Positions 30,249 through 38,087 of a stretch of 64,000 nt of DNA are shown here, piece after piece. Below the pieces are notes generated by a model that was given only the letters and a program-made list of their open reading frames with translations, ran no database searches and was not told the DNA's origin. The position numbers were made by a program, and so were the translations under genes. This DNA comes from Candidatus Latescibacterota bacterium. GTDB lineage: Bacteria > Latescibacterota > UBA2968. The DNA is taken from the NCBI GenBank assembly GCA_965205975.1, contig OZ242195.1:4160001-4224000 (forward strand). Direction: 5' to 3'. Numbering within the stretch: the first letter of the stretch is position 1; every line of letters begins with the position of its first letter.

Positions 30249-32159
30249 ATGTTTCTCCGAAGAAGATTCGCCATTTTTATAACTTTAATTGGTGTTTTAG
30301 GTGTTTATCTGGTGCTCGATTCCCGGTTGGTGACCGGCGAAGATACTTATGAGCAATTGGGGCGCGGTTTTGATGAGATTAACGAAGCCTACCGCCTGCT
30401 CTTCAACCAGTATGTCGATGAGCTGAAGCCAGGGGATTTGAGCAAGGCTGCCATTTCCGGAATGTTGTGGGATCTGGATCCTTATACGACCCTTTTTGAT
30501 AGTAGTGACCTCAAGCAACTTCAGATCGAAACACAGGGCAAATTTGGTGGGCTGGGCATTATGATCAGCAAGCGAGGAAAGGATGATGGGCCTCCGGTTG
30601 TGATGAGTGTTATTGAAGGCACGCCTGCCGACTCCACCAGGCTCGTTGTGGGAGATCGCATCGTCGCGATTGACGGGGATCCGACTTTTGACAAGGATCT
30701 GCGCGAAATTGTCGATGTTTTGCGGGGTGATCCTGGCGCTGGCGTGACCATTAAAATTGAGCGACCAGGGATGAAGGACCCCTTTGATCAGCCCATTATT
30801 CGGGCGCGCATTGACATTTCAAGTGTACAAATTCCGGGCGAAGTCGATCCCGATATCGGTTATATTTCCATGTCCTGGCTCAGTGCTTCTCGATTTACTG
30901 AACGCACAGGAGGAGAGTTGCAACAGGCATTGATAAGAGCGCTCAATAATGGTGCGACGGGGATTATCTTGGATTTGCGCGGCAATCCGGGAGGCTTACT
31001 CAACGCGGCGGTTGATGTGGTCGATAAATTTTTGCCATCTGATCGCCTGGTCGTGTCAACCAGAGGTCGCCTTTCGGATCAGAGTCGCAGTCACAAAACG
31101 CGCGACGACTCCGTATTGCCCGCCGAGATTCCACTCGTGATCCTGGTTGACGAGCGCAGTGCCAGTGCATCAGAAATTGTCGCAGGGGCAATTCAGGATT
31201 GGGATCGGGGGGTTATAGTGGGCACGCAAACATTTGGAAAAGGCTCTGTACAAACCGTGCGCCAACTGGGGCCAAAGGGCGATAAGGCTTTGAAGCTGAC
31301 AACAGCAGCCTATTATACGCCGAGTGGACGCAGCATTCACAATGCTGAGAAGCGCCGATATCGCGGCGGTCCCATTGAGATTACTGTGGGAAATTCAACA
31401 CAGGTTTCGGCCTATGAACTCTTTGGTATTATTGGTCAGGCTGAACGGCGCGAAGATGTTATTACGGAACTCGAGGAGAGATTTGATCTGGACAAGGACC
31501 TGGCTGAAGAGGTACTTGGAATGCGGTTGGAAGGGTTGTTGGGGTTGGCTACCAAAGAGCATAATGGGCCTGAAGATATCGATCCTGAAAAGGTATTTAC
31601 AACGCGCGTGAACAAGCGCAAAGTTTATGGCGGCGGTGGGATTAAGCCCGATGTGGTGGTTGAACAAGAGCGTAGGCCACGGCTGGTGATAGCATTATTG
31701 CGCGAGGGGTTGATTTTTGATTTTGCGGTTGATTTTGCAACAAAGCAATCATTCCCCAATCGGTTTGAAGACTACACCTTGCCCGAAGATATTGTCGCTC
31801 AATTCTGGACTTTCATGGCAGATTCATCCAATGCCGAGGGTTTTGACTATAAAGCGGATACAGAAATTCAAGTGCAAGAGGTCAAGAAATCACTAAAAGA
31901 GAAGGATGTATTGACAGACGAGACCATAGCCGCACTCAATCAATTGTTACAGGCTGCCGAGCGCGAGCGCGAAGCCGATTATAATAAGGCCGAGCCGTAT
32001 ATCCGTCTGGAGATTGAACGGACATTGGCCAATCGCGTGTGGGGCACTAATGGCAAAATTTTAGCGACGCTGAAGGGTGATAAGCAGTTTCAAGAGGCTG
32101 TTCGTCTGTTAAAGGATCGGGCTGTTTACGCTCAAAAATTGGCGTTGGTGGAAGAGTGA
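30249..32159 (+). CDS. S41A C-terminal processing protease (CtpA/Prc-like) with PDZ domain
   Basis: LDPYT, GLGI (PDZ), LDLRGNPGG, SASASEIVAGA, TFGKGSVQ, GGIKPD; N-terminal signal/TM. Confidence 0.95.
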   Translation: MFLRRRFAIFITLIGVLGVYLVLDSRLVTGEDTYEQLGRGFDEINEAYRLLFNQYVDELKPGDLSKAAISGMLWDLDPYTTLFDSSDLKQLQIETQGKFGGLGIMISKRGKDDGPPVVMSVIEGTPADSTRLVVGDRIVAIDGDPTFDKDLREIVDVLRGDPGAGVTIKIERPGMKDPFDQPIIRARIDISSVQIPGEVDPDIGYISMSWLSASRFTERTGGELQQALIRALNNGATGIILDLRGNPGGLLNAAVDVVDKFLPSDRLVVSTRGRLSDQSRSHKTRDDSVLPAEIPLVILVDERSASASEIVAGAIQDWDRGVIVGTQTFGKGSVQTVRQLGPKGDKALKLTTAAYYTPSGRSIHNAEKRRYRGGPIEITVGNSTQVSAYELFGIIGQAERREDVITELEERFDLDKDLAEEVLGMRLEGLLGLATKEHNGPEDIDPEKVFTTRVNKRKVYGGGGIKPDVVVEQERRPRLVIALLREGLIFDFAVDFATKQSFPNRFEDYTLPEDIVAQFWTFMADSSNAEGFDYKADTEIQVQEVKKSLKEKDVLTDETIAALNQLLQAAEREREADYNKAEPYIRLEIERTLANRVWGTNGKILATLKGDKQFQEAVRLLKDRAVYAQKLALVEE

Positions 32160-32177
32160 GATATCGGGAAATATCTT

Positions 32178-33473
32178 ATGATGTCATTGCCCAACATTAT
32201 TTTTATTCTCTGTGATGATATCGGCTATGGCGATCTAGGGTGTTATGGGCAAAAGGTTATTCCCACACCCCGATTGGACCAGCTTGCGTCGGAATCCATG
32301 CGGTTCACGCAGTGTTATACCGGGTCTTCTATCTGCGCGCCATCTCGTGCGGTTTTAATGACGGGTTTGCACAGTGGACACACGAGGGTGCGCGACAATA
32401 TGGGCATTGTGGGCGGTGTGGGAGAGCAGAAACGGGTGCCGCTTGAACCGGAGGATTTTACGGTCGCCGAGATGCTCAAGCAGGCGGGATATACCACTGG
32501 TATAACCGGCAAATGGGGATTGGGTGAACCCGATACGACGGGTATTCCCACGCGCAAGGGATTTGATGAATGGTTTGGGTATCTCAACCAGCGCAACGCG
32601 CATTCGTATTATCCGCCTTTTTTGTGGCACAATGAGGAGAAGGTCATTCTCAAAGGCAATCTGGACGGCCAGGAGAATGACTATTCTCACGATATGATTT
32701 TTGACTTTGCCCGTGACTTCATTCGCGACAATAGCGATGGTCCGTTTTTTTTGTACCTGCCGTGGACATTGCCGCACGGGAGATATGAAATCCCCGATGC
32801 GAGTGCCTGGGACGATAAGCCCTGGACAGATGATGAGAAAGTTTATGCGGCGATGATTACAAAAATTGATACGCAGGTTGGACAGATTGCGGATTTGTTG
32901 CACGAACTGGAGATAAAGGATAATACACTTTTGTTTTTTGGTTCTGACCATGGGGCTGCACGCCGGTGGGAACCGTTTGGCAGTTGTGGTGCTTTGCGCG
33001 GGCAAAAAGGGACGATGTACGAAGGCGGTTTGCGCACGCCTATGATTGTGCATTGGCCGGCGCGCATTCCGGCAGGTACTGTGAGCGAACAGGTGTGGTA
33101 TTATGCCGATTTTATGCCTACGGTTGCAGACGTGATCGGTACAGATGCGCCAGAGAATATGGATGGCGTGAGCATATTGCCGACGCTTTTGGGCGAGTCA
33201 CAGGATATTGGAGAGCGCTTTTTGTACTGGGAGCGCTTTGGCGGGGGCTTCAAACAGGCTGTGCGCTGGAAGAATTGGAAGGCCGTGCGCAATCCGTCGC
33301 CCCGGTTGCTCGGCGAGCCGCTCGAGTTATACGGTCTGGACAGGGATATTGGCGAGGAAAACGATGTCGCAGCAGATCACCCGGATGTGATCGCTGAAAT
33401 TGAGAACTTCATGAAAGATGCGCGCACAGACTCCCCTAATTGGCCGATTGGCGTCAAGGGGTCTCATGGGTGA
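32178..33473 (+). CDS. Arylsulfatase
   Basis: PNIIFILCDD, CAPSRAVLMTG, GKWGLG, YEGGLRTP. Confidence 0.92.
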   Translation: MMSLPNIIFILCDDIGYGDLGCYGQKVIPTPRLDQLASESMRFTQCYTGSSICAPSRAVLMTGLHSGHTRVRDNMGIVGGVGEQKRVPLEPEDFTVAEMLKQAGYTTGITGKWGLGEPDTTGIPTRKGFDEWFGYLNQRNAHSYYPPFLWHNEEKVILKGNLDGQENDYSHDMIFDFARDFIRDNSDGPFFLYLPWTLPHGRYEIPDASAWDDKPWTDDEKVYAAMITKIDTQVGQIADLLHELEIKDNTLLFFGSDHGAARRWEPFGSCGALRGQKGTMYEGGLRTPMIVHWPARIPAGTVSEQVWYYADFMPTVADVIGTDAPENMDGVSILPTLLGESQDIGERFLYWERFGGGFKQAVRWKNWKAVRNPSPRLLGEPLELYGLDRDIGEENDVAADHPDVIAEIENFMKDARTDSPNWPIGVKGSHG

Positions 33474-33488
33474 TTTCTTTATTCGGTT

Positions 33489-33528
33489 AAAAAAAATAAA
33501 ACGCTCTGGTGTCATGCCAGAGCGTTTT
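33489..33528. terminator. Bidirectional terminator
   Basis: AAAACGCTCTGG-N7-CCAGAGCGTTTT flanked by A and T runs. Confidence 0.75.
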
Positions 33529-33815
33529 GGTTTCGAGTTTGCAAAGTTGATGACGCAACGCTATTCGGTACGTGCCTTAATTTCCTTAATCACGTTTGCC
33601 CAGGCCATAAGGTACTCTTTATATGGATCCTTAGCGTAAGTTAGCCTACAAACTGGTTCAAATTTTGGGTCACAGATCCAATCTCTTCACCCCCATCAAG
33701 GAGATAGAGATAGCGTCCTTAAATTTCTGTAAAAAGAAAAAAAGTCACCGTAGCTCCGAGAAAAATCTTAAAATAGGGGTGAGTAGTAATATAAACCCTA
33801 ACCTTGGAGGCTACG

Positions 33816-33902
33816 ATGACTTACCCCAAAGATATAAAAATTGCCGCGCCAGAGCAATTTGCACTTTTGAATGACCCTGATTTTCTCAATCAGGCCATCA
33901 CC
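33816..33902 (+). pseudogene. 5' fragment of an unknown gene interrupted by the IS
   Basis: GGAGG RBS and ATG 33816, 29 codons (MTYPKDIKIAAPEQFALLNDPDFLNQAIT) ending exactly at the IS end. Confidence 0.45.
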
Positions 33903-35336
33903 GGTCAAGTCCTATATTTAGTTGAAATAATTGAGGCCGGTGTTTTCAATCCGCAGCAATTGCGTCTTGCCAGTCTGTATCGAGTTTCAAGTGCTTGTGC
34001 AGTGCGCGCCTGAGCCTGGGTAGGCTTTTGTAGCCTTTGACCCTTCGCAATCGGGGTTCAATGTCCAGCAGAGCGGTGGCTAACCATCTCCTGCGTTGAT
34101 TCGAGTTTGTCCATCTCTTCACATTTCGTGTGATTTGTGCGACCATTGAGTTTATGGACTCAATGCAGTTTGTCGTACGAAAGGACTGCTTCAAGTGCGG
34201 CATCAGTCCGAGGCGATGCAAGGAAAGGGTTTCTTCTATTCCTTCTTCAAGGCTGGAGAGCGCGTCTTCGTTGATCAAGGCCAATTCCGCTTTGAGGGAT
34301 AAGAGTGCCATTTTAGCATCTTTGTAGGTGGGCTGGTCGTAGGCATTTTGTAGGGCCTTTTTGATCTGATCCTGTTTATTTTTAGGCAGATAGGAAAGCA
34401 CGTTCTCTCTCTTGTGCCACTGACAACGTTGGATGACCACGTAACCGTCCAATGCCTTTGTAAGGGCAGCATACAAGCCTTTTGAGCCGTCAATAAGACA
34501 CAGCAGGCCCTTGTGATAGACCAAGCCACGATTGATGAGAGACTGTATAAACTGCCGACAGACGCGTTCGTTCTCAGTGGCAGCCTGGACAAAGCCTATT
34601 GGGATTTTGTGCCCTTCTATCGTCACGCCCAGAGCAATGATCATCTCTTGGTCTGCAAAGGTCTTGCCATCTATAAAGAGGGCAACCAAGTCATACGGCG
34701 CTAAAGAGCGTTCACGGAACTGCTTCAGCTTTTGTGCCGACGCCTTGATAAAACGTCTCGATACCGTTGATGAGGACAGCCCAAAGGCTTTCGGGATCGC
34801 CTCAGCGCAGGCTTGATAAGACCGAGTCGCAATGCCTTTGATCACGCGAAGGAGCAGCCCTTCATCCATACGTCTGGGAACTTGGAGGTGATGATAGGTC
34901 TCAAGGCAGACTTCCTCATCCCTCTCCACATTACGTACCCTCGGTACAGAGATCGGCACTTTTTGATCGGCCAGATACACAGACCCTTGTTGACTGCCCC
35001 ACCGACGATTGGGGTTTTCGGTGTCTTTGCGACTGTATCTGTCCCCGGCCAAGCGGCTCACTTCCTCCTGCAATTCTTCTGCCACGGCGTCTAATCCTAA
35101 TGGGATCAAGGCCTGGATCAGCGCGATGCGGGTATCCAGTGCGCCCAGTTCCTCTTCAACGGGTGTATCAAACGTTGCATCGCCTTTGTGGATTGCCTTG
35201 ACTTTGGGGGCTTTGTGCGATACTTTTTTCATCACGGGCTCCTTTGGTTGTGGACACAGCGTTTTCACGGTTTGAATCTGCTGTCTCCAATTTACATTGG
35301 AGCCTCTACTATTTCAACTAATATAAGGACAACACC
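33903..35336 (-). mobile_element. IS256-family insertion sequence
   Basis: Imperfect 35-bp terminal inverted repeats (33903-33937 and 35302-35336; 26/35 identical, shared core TTAGTTGAAATA) flanking the transposase; no target duplication visible. Confidence 0.88.
33946..35268 (-). CDS. IS256 (Mutator-like) DDE transposase
   Basis: LFIDG, LIDGSKGL, QRCQWHKREN, TTNCIESINS motifs; true start may be ATG 35232. Confidence 0.92.
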   Translation of the reverse strand: MKTLCPQPKEPVMKKVSHKAPKVKAIHKGDATFDTPVEEELGALDTRIALIQALIPLGLDAVAEELQEEVSRLAGDRYSRKDTENPNRRWGSQQGSVYLADQKVPISVPRVRNVERDEEVCLETYHHLQVPRRMDEGLLLRVIKGIATRSYQACAEAIPKAFGLSSSTVSRRFIKASAQKLKQFRERSLAPYDLVALFIDGKTFADQEMIIALGVTIEGHKIPIGFVQAATENERVCRQFIQSLINRGLVYHKGLLCLIDGSKGLYAALTKALDGYVVIQRCQWHKRENVLSYLPKNKQDQIKKALQNAYDQPTYKDAKMALLSLKAELALINEDALSSLEEGIEETLSLHRLGLMPHLKQSFRTTNCIESINSMVAQITRNVKRWTNSNQRRRWLATALLDIEPRLRRVKGYKSLPRLRRALHKHLKLDTDWQDAIAAD

Positions 35337-35342
35337 CTTGTA

Positions 35343-35591
35343 ATGGCGACATATCCAGAGATTGTAGAATGGGTCTATCAGAAGTATGGGCTGAAGATAC
35401 ACAAACCTTGCTACATTGCCCATTGTAAGGAATTGGCTGGTCTCAATCCGAGCAGGGCGCCGAATCGTAAGGGAAACGGGAGGGTTTACCATTGTCCAGA
35501 TAAGTTGCGCGAGCCGATCTTTCAGGCGTTCAAACACTTTGGGATGATTCCTGATGACACGCAAATCCGCTTGCCTTTGGGTGATGATTGA
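35343..35591 (+). CDS. Small hypothetical protein resembling the domain appended to some RlmD methyltransferases
   Basis: ATY..I..V..KYG....YIAH.K...GL....N....CP......I..AF.HFGMI pattern recognised from memory. Confidence 0.7.
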   Translation: MATYPEIVEWVYQKYGLKIHKPCYIAHCKELAGLNPSRAPNRKGNGRVYHCPDKLREPIFQAFKHFGMIPDDTQIRLPLGDD

Positions 35592-35627
35592 TACGAGCCA
35601 TTTCACAATCAATATTGTATATAATCC

Positions 35628-35703
35628 CAAAAATAATTTGACATTGCTGCCTACATAGGATAATTTGTTTATTAACAGGACCCATCGAACCGTCGCCCGT
35701 ATA
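35628..35703 (+). repeat. Promoter+leader repeat, copy A
   Basis: CAAAAATA..TTGACATTGCTGCCTAYATAGGAYAATTTGTTTATTAA..GACCCATYGAACCGTCGC..GTATA shared with 37003-37079; contains TTGACA-N17-TAATTT. Confidence 0.88.
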
Positions 35704-35766
35704 GGGAATTAACGTGTGTTCGATTATTTTTACCCCCAGGGACGCCAAGTGCGTCCCTGTTTTTTT
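35672..35766 (+). ncRNA. Candidate ~95-nt structured leader/antitoxin RNA upstream of the NYN gene
   Basis: Lies between a sigma70-like promoter and a strong terminator; ATCGAAC(35684)/GTTCGAT(35718) stem enclosing CCC-GTATA-GGG. 5' end is approximate. Confidence 0.45.
35737..35766 (+). terminator. Intrinsic terminator directly before the NYN gene RBS
   Basis: CAGGGACGC-CAAGT-GCGTCCCTG-T7, then GGAG and ATG 35777. Confidence 0.85.
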
Positions 35767-35776
35767 GGAGAATACT

Positions 35777-36406
35777 ATGTCAGAAGACAGTTTAGCCGCC
35801 CCTCCACGCTACCGAGTAAGGGTATTCGTGGACTTTTGGAACTTCACGCTTTCGATGCGAGACATAGAGCAAGACTTCAGTACTGACTGGAAAAAGCTTG
35901 GCCCCGTGCTAACTCGTGTAGCTACGGAAACCGTCAGCGATGAGGTAATCGGCGAATATCAGGGTCTGAATTTTTACGGCTCTTACGATCCAGCAAGTGA
36001 GAATGATAAGAAAATGTACCAGTGGGTGACAACTGTCGTAAGTACGTTTCCGGGAGTCAATGTTTCGATCGTTCCAAGACAGAAGAGACGTTCTTTGCCA
36101 AAATGCCCAATTTGCTACAATGAAATTGCGACATGCCCATCTTGCAACGCTGACATGAGAGGCACGGAAGAAAAGGGCATAGATGTGCGTATGGCTACGG
36201 CGATGATAAGCCTTGCTTGGGAGGACAATTACGATATTGCTGTACTGATTTCGTCAGATAGGGATTTCGTGCCGGTGGCTGAATTTCTGGAAACGAAAGG
36301 TATCAAGGTCGTACATGGCGCGTTTCCGCGAAAAAGTGCCCAACTTACCCAAAAATGCTGGGCCAGTATTAATCTTGCCGATATTCGGGAGGAATTCCGT
36401 TATTGA
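35777..36406 (+). CDS. NYN-domain (LabA/DUF88, PIN-like) ribonuclease with zinc-ribbon insert
   Basis: VFVDFWNF, EEKGIDV, LISSDRDFVP acidic catalytic motifs; CPIC..CPSC insert. Confidence 0.88.
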   Translation: MSEDSLAAPPRYRVRVFVDFWNFTLSMRDIEQDFSTDWKKLGPVLTRVATETVSDEVIGEYQGLNFYGSYDPASENDKKMYQWVTTVVSTFPGVNVSIVPRQKRRSLPKCPICYNEIATCPSCNADMRGTEEKGIDVRMATAMISLAWEDNYDIAVLISSDRDFVPVAEFLETKGIKVVHGAFPRKSAQLTQKCWASINLADIREEFRY

Positions 36407-36429
36407 AGGAGCGTGTTTTATGAAAGCCT

Positions 36430-36485
36430 CTATTCCCTTGAATACGCCTGCAAGGGTCTGTCTCTGCTAATAAGAGACGCATCAT
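36430..36485 (-). pseudogene. Probable vapC remnant with internal deletion
   Basis: ATGATG overlapping the antitoxin stop gives MMRLLL (VapC-like start); another frame immediately gives ISRDRPLQAY (VapC-like end). Confidence 0.4.
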
Positions 36486-36667
36486 ATATATTCCCGAAAA
36501 TCTTCGAGTGGTTCGTCAAAATCATCGCTTATATGAACAAGTCCTTTGGCACTTCCAGGTCGCCGTCGCCCTTTCGTTGGAACTTCGCTCATGCTCGAAT
36601 AACTCGTCTTCATACTTGCAGGAACTGCTGGCGCAGGCGTACACCGTTCATTCGCTTTCATATCCAT
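36482..36667 (-). CDS. DUF2281/Phd-like antitoxin or fragment
   Basis: C-terminal RRPGSAKGLVHISDDFDEPLEDFREY, typical of antitoxins preceding VapC. Confidence 0.65.
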   Translation of the reverse strand: MDMKANERCTPAPAVPASMKTSYSSMSEVPTKGRRRPGSAKGLVHISDDFDEPLEDFREYI

Positions 36668-36684
36668 CGGCCTTCATACTGGGG

Positions 36685-36870
36685 TTATGTTTCATAGACT
36701 GCCGCTCGATCATATCCGCCAATCAGGTGGGACTTATGCGTCGCAAACACGATTTCTTTGTCTTTGCGTGCCTTTCTGTGCTGGGTCTGTTCCCGCAAAC
36801 TATCAACCATCTTCTGTAGCCAGATGGTATATTCATCGGGTAAGCCTCGCACATCAAGTGTATCCATCAT
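36685..36870 (-). CDS. Small hypothetical protein, antitoxin-like
   Basis: AAGGAG RBS; MDTLDVRGLPDE.. and ..YDRAAVYE end. Confidence 0.55.
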   Translation of the reverse strand: MMDTLDVRGLPDEYTIWLQKMVDSLREQTQHRKARKDKEIVFATHKSHLIGGYDRAAVYET

Positions 36871-37002
36871 TTTCTCCTTTGGAAATGATTGCACAGGGCA
36901 TGGACCGCTTATCTATCGAAATTACTATACCCAACAATAAAAGTCAACTAACAGCCCATCAAGGAGCGAGCATAATTGTAATTCGGAATTCGGCAACAGC
37001 GT

Positions 37003-37079
37003 CAAAAATAGGTTGACATTGCTGCCTATATAGGACAATTTGTTTATTAAACATGACCCATTGAACCGTCGCGTGTATA
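37003..37079 (+). repeat. Promoter+leader repeat, copy B
   Basis: Homologous to 35628-35703. Confidence 0.88.
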
Positions 37080-37338
37080 AGTCCTTACGTTATCCCTTGA
37101 GATCGCATAATTATTCCACTGCAGAGGAGGTTATGACCTGGCTGCTATGGTGAATCCACCAGAGGAAAATACGGTTTCTCGGTTGGTTTATTATTCGTGG
37201 AGAACTCGATTTGCAGAGAGAAGACCTGGAGGCTTATTGGAGCCCCAGCGAAGAACCTGATCTCGTTCCAGAAAAAGAAGAATATATAATGCTTTATGTT
37301 GTTGTGCCTCTCCAATATAATATTAAAAAGGTGAATCT

Positions 37339-37662
37339 ATGTCGATCCAGGTTTTTGCAATTATCCCTTTAGATCCGGGACCCGATGATGAATATATCCG
37401 AAACAAACTTGAAGAACTCGAATGTGGTTTTTTTCTCAACGAAGCCCCCAATGTTTATCTGGTCTCTTACAAGGGAACGTGTCGGGAGCTAACAAAAGAT
37501 CTTGGATATTACGATAATACAGAGATTCCGGGCAAGGTGCTTGTACTTAGAGTTACCAGTTATAGCGGCTATGCCCACAGGGAACTTTGGGATTGGATAA
37601 GCCTTCACCAGGATGTAAAACAAACCCTTGATAATTGGAGAAAAGAAGGATATGCAAGGTAA
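37339..37662 (+). CDS. Hypothetical protein, possible ferredoxin-like fold
   Basis: AAGGTG RBS; alternating beta/alpha pattern ending SYSGYAHRELWDWI. Confidence 0.65.
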   Translation: MSIQVFAIIPLDPGPDDEYIRNKLEELECGFFLNEAPNVYLVSYKGTCRELTKDLGYYDNTEIPGKVLVLRVTSYSGYAHRELWDWISLHQDVKQTLDNWRKEGYAR

Positions 37663-37987
37663 CGACGAAAGAATGCAACCACCACCACCTAACATTCGTC
37701 CTTATCCAGGTATCACGCCTGTCAACTCATACGACGATCAAATTGTGGCGGAAAATACAAAACCGAAGCGGGATTGGATTCCGCACTTGACCATATTACT
37801 TGTTGTTGCTGCTTTTTTTACAATAATTTGGATCAGCCTAACGTCTCGATTTGACAACATATATATTGATATAAGAGAATTGCGAACAGACGTAAAAAAA
37901 ATGGATTCTCGTCTTGATGCAATCGAAAAAGATATTGCAATTATAAAAACAAAACTCAACCCTGTTCAACCAACTTCCAGTCAGTAA
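37652..37987 (+). CDS. Hypothetical single-TM coiled-coil protein
   Basis: Pro-rich N-terminus, TM LTILLVVAAFFTIIWISL, heptad tail; overlaps the previous gene. Confidence 0.65.
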   Translation: MQGNDERMQPPPPNIRPYPGITPVNSYDDQIVAENTKPKRDWIPHLTILLVVAAFFTIIWISLTSRFDNIYIDIRELRTDVKKMDSRLDAIEKDIAIIKTKLNPVQPTSSQ

Positions 37988-38087
37988 TCTGACTGGCCTT
38001 GTGTTCTCCAAATTATCCCATACGGAACATATTCCCCTTCGTTTCGCACGGCCTCGGTTTCGGCACTATCCTGCATAATCCCCTTTT

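Noticed and set aside
33560..33690. Minus-strand 41-codon open stretch ending ..YKEYLMAWANVIKEIKARTE before a terminator
   Set aside because: No plausible start or RBS and no recognisable family; possibly a gene remnant but unsupported.
35628..37079. The paired repeats (also 24649/28081) as a CRISPR array or integron attC sites
   Set aside because: Only two copies each, kilobases apart, with no spacers, cas genes, integrase or RYYYAAC/GTTRRRY ends.
37121..37153. AGGAGG plus a tiny ORF MTWLLW as a Trp leader peptide
   Set aside because: The RBS is only 2 nt from the ATG, and no attenuator or trp gene follows.
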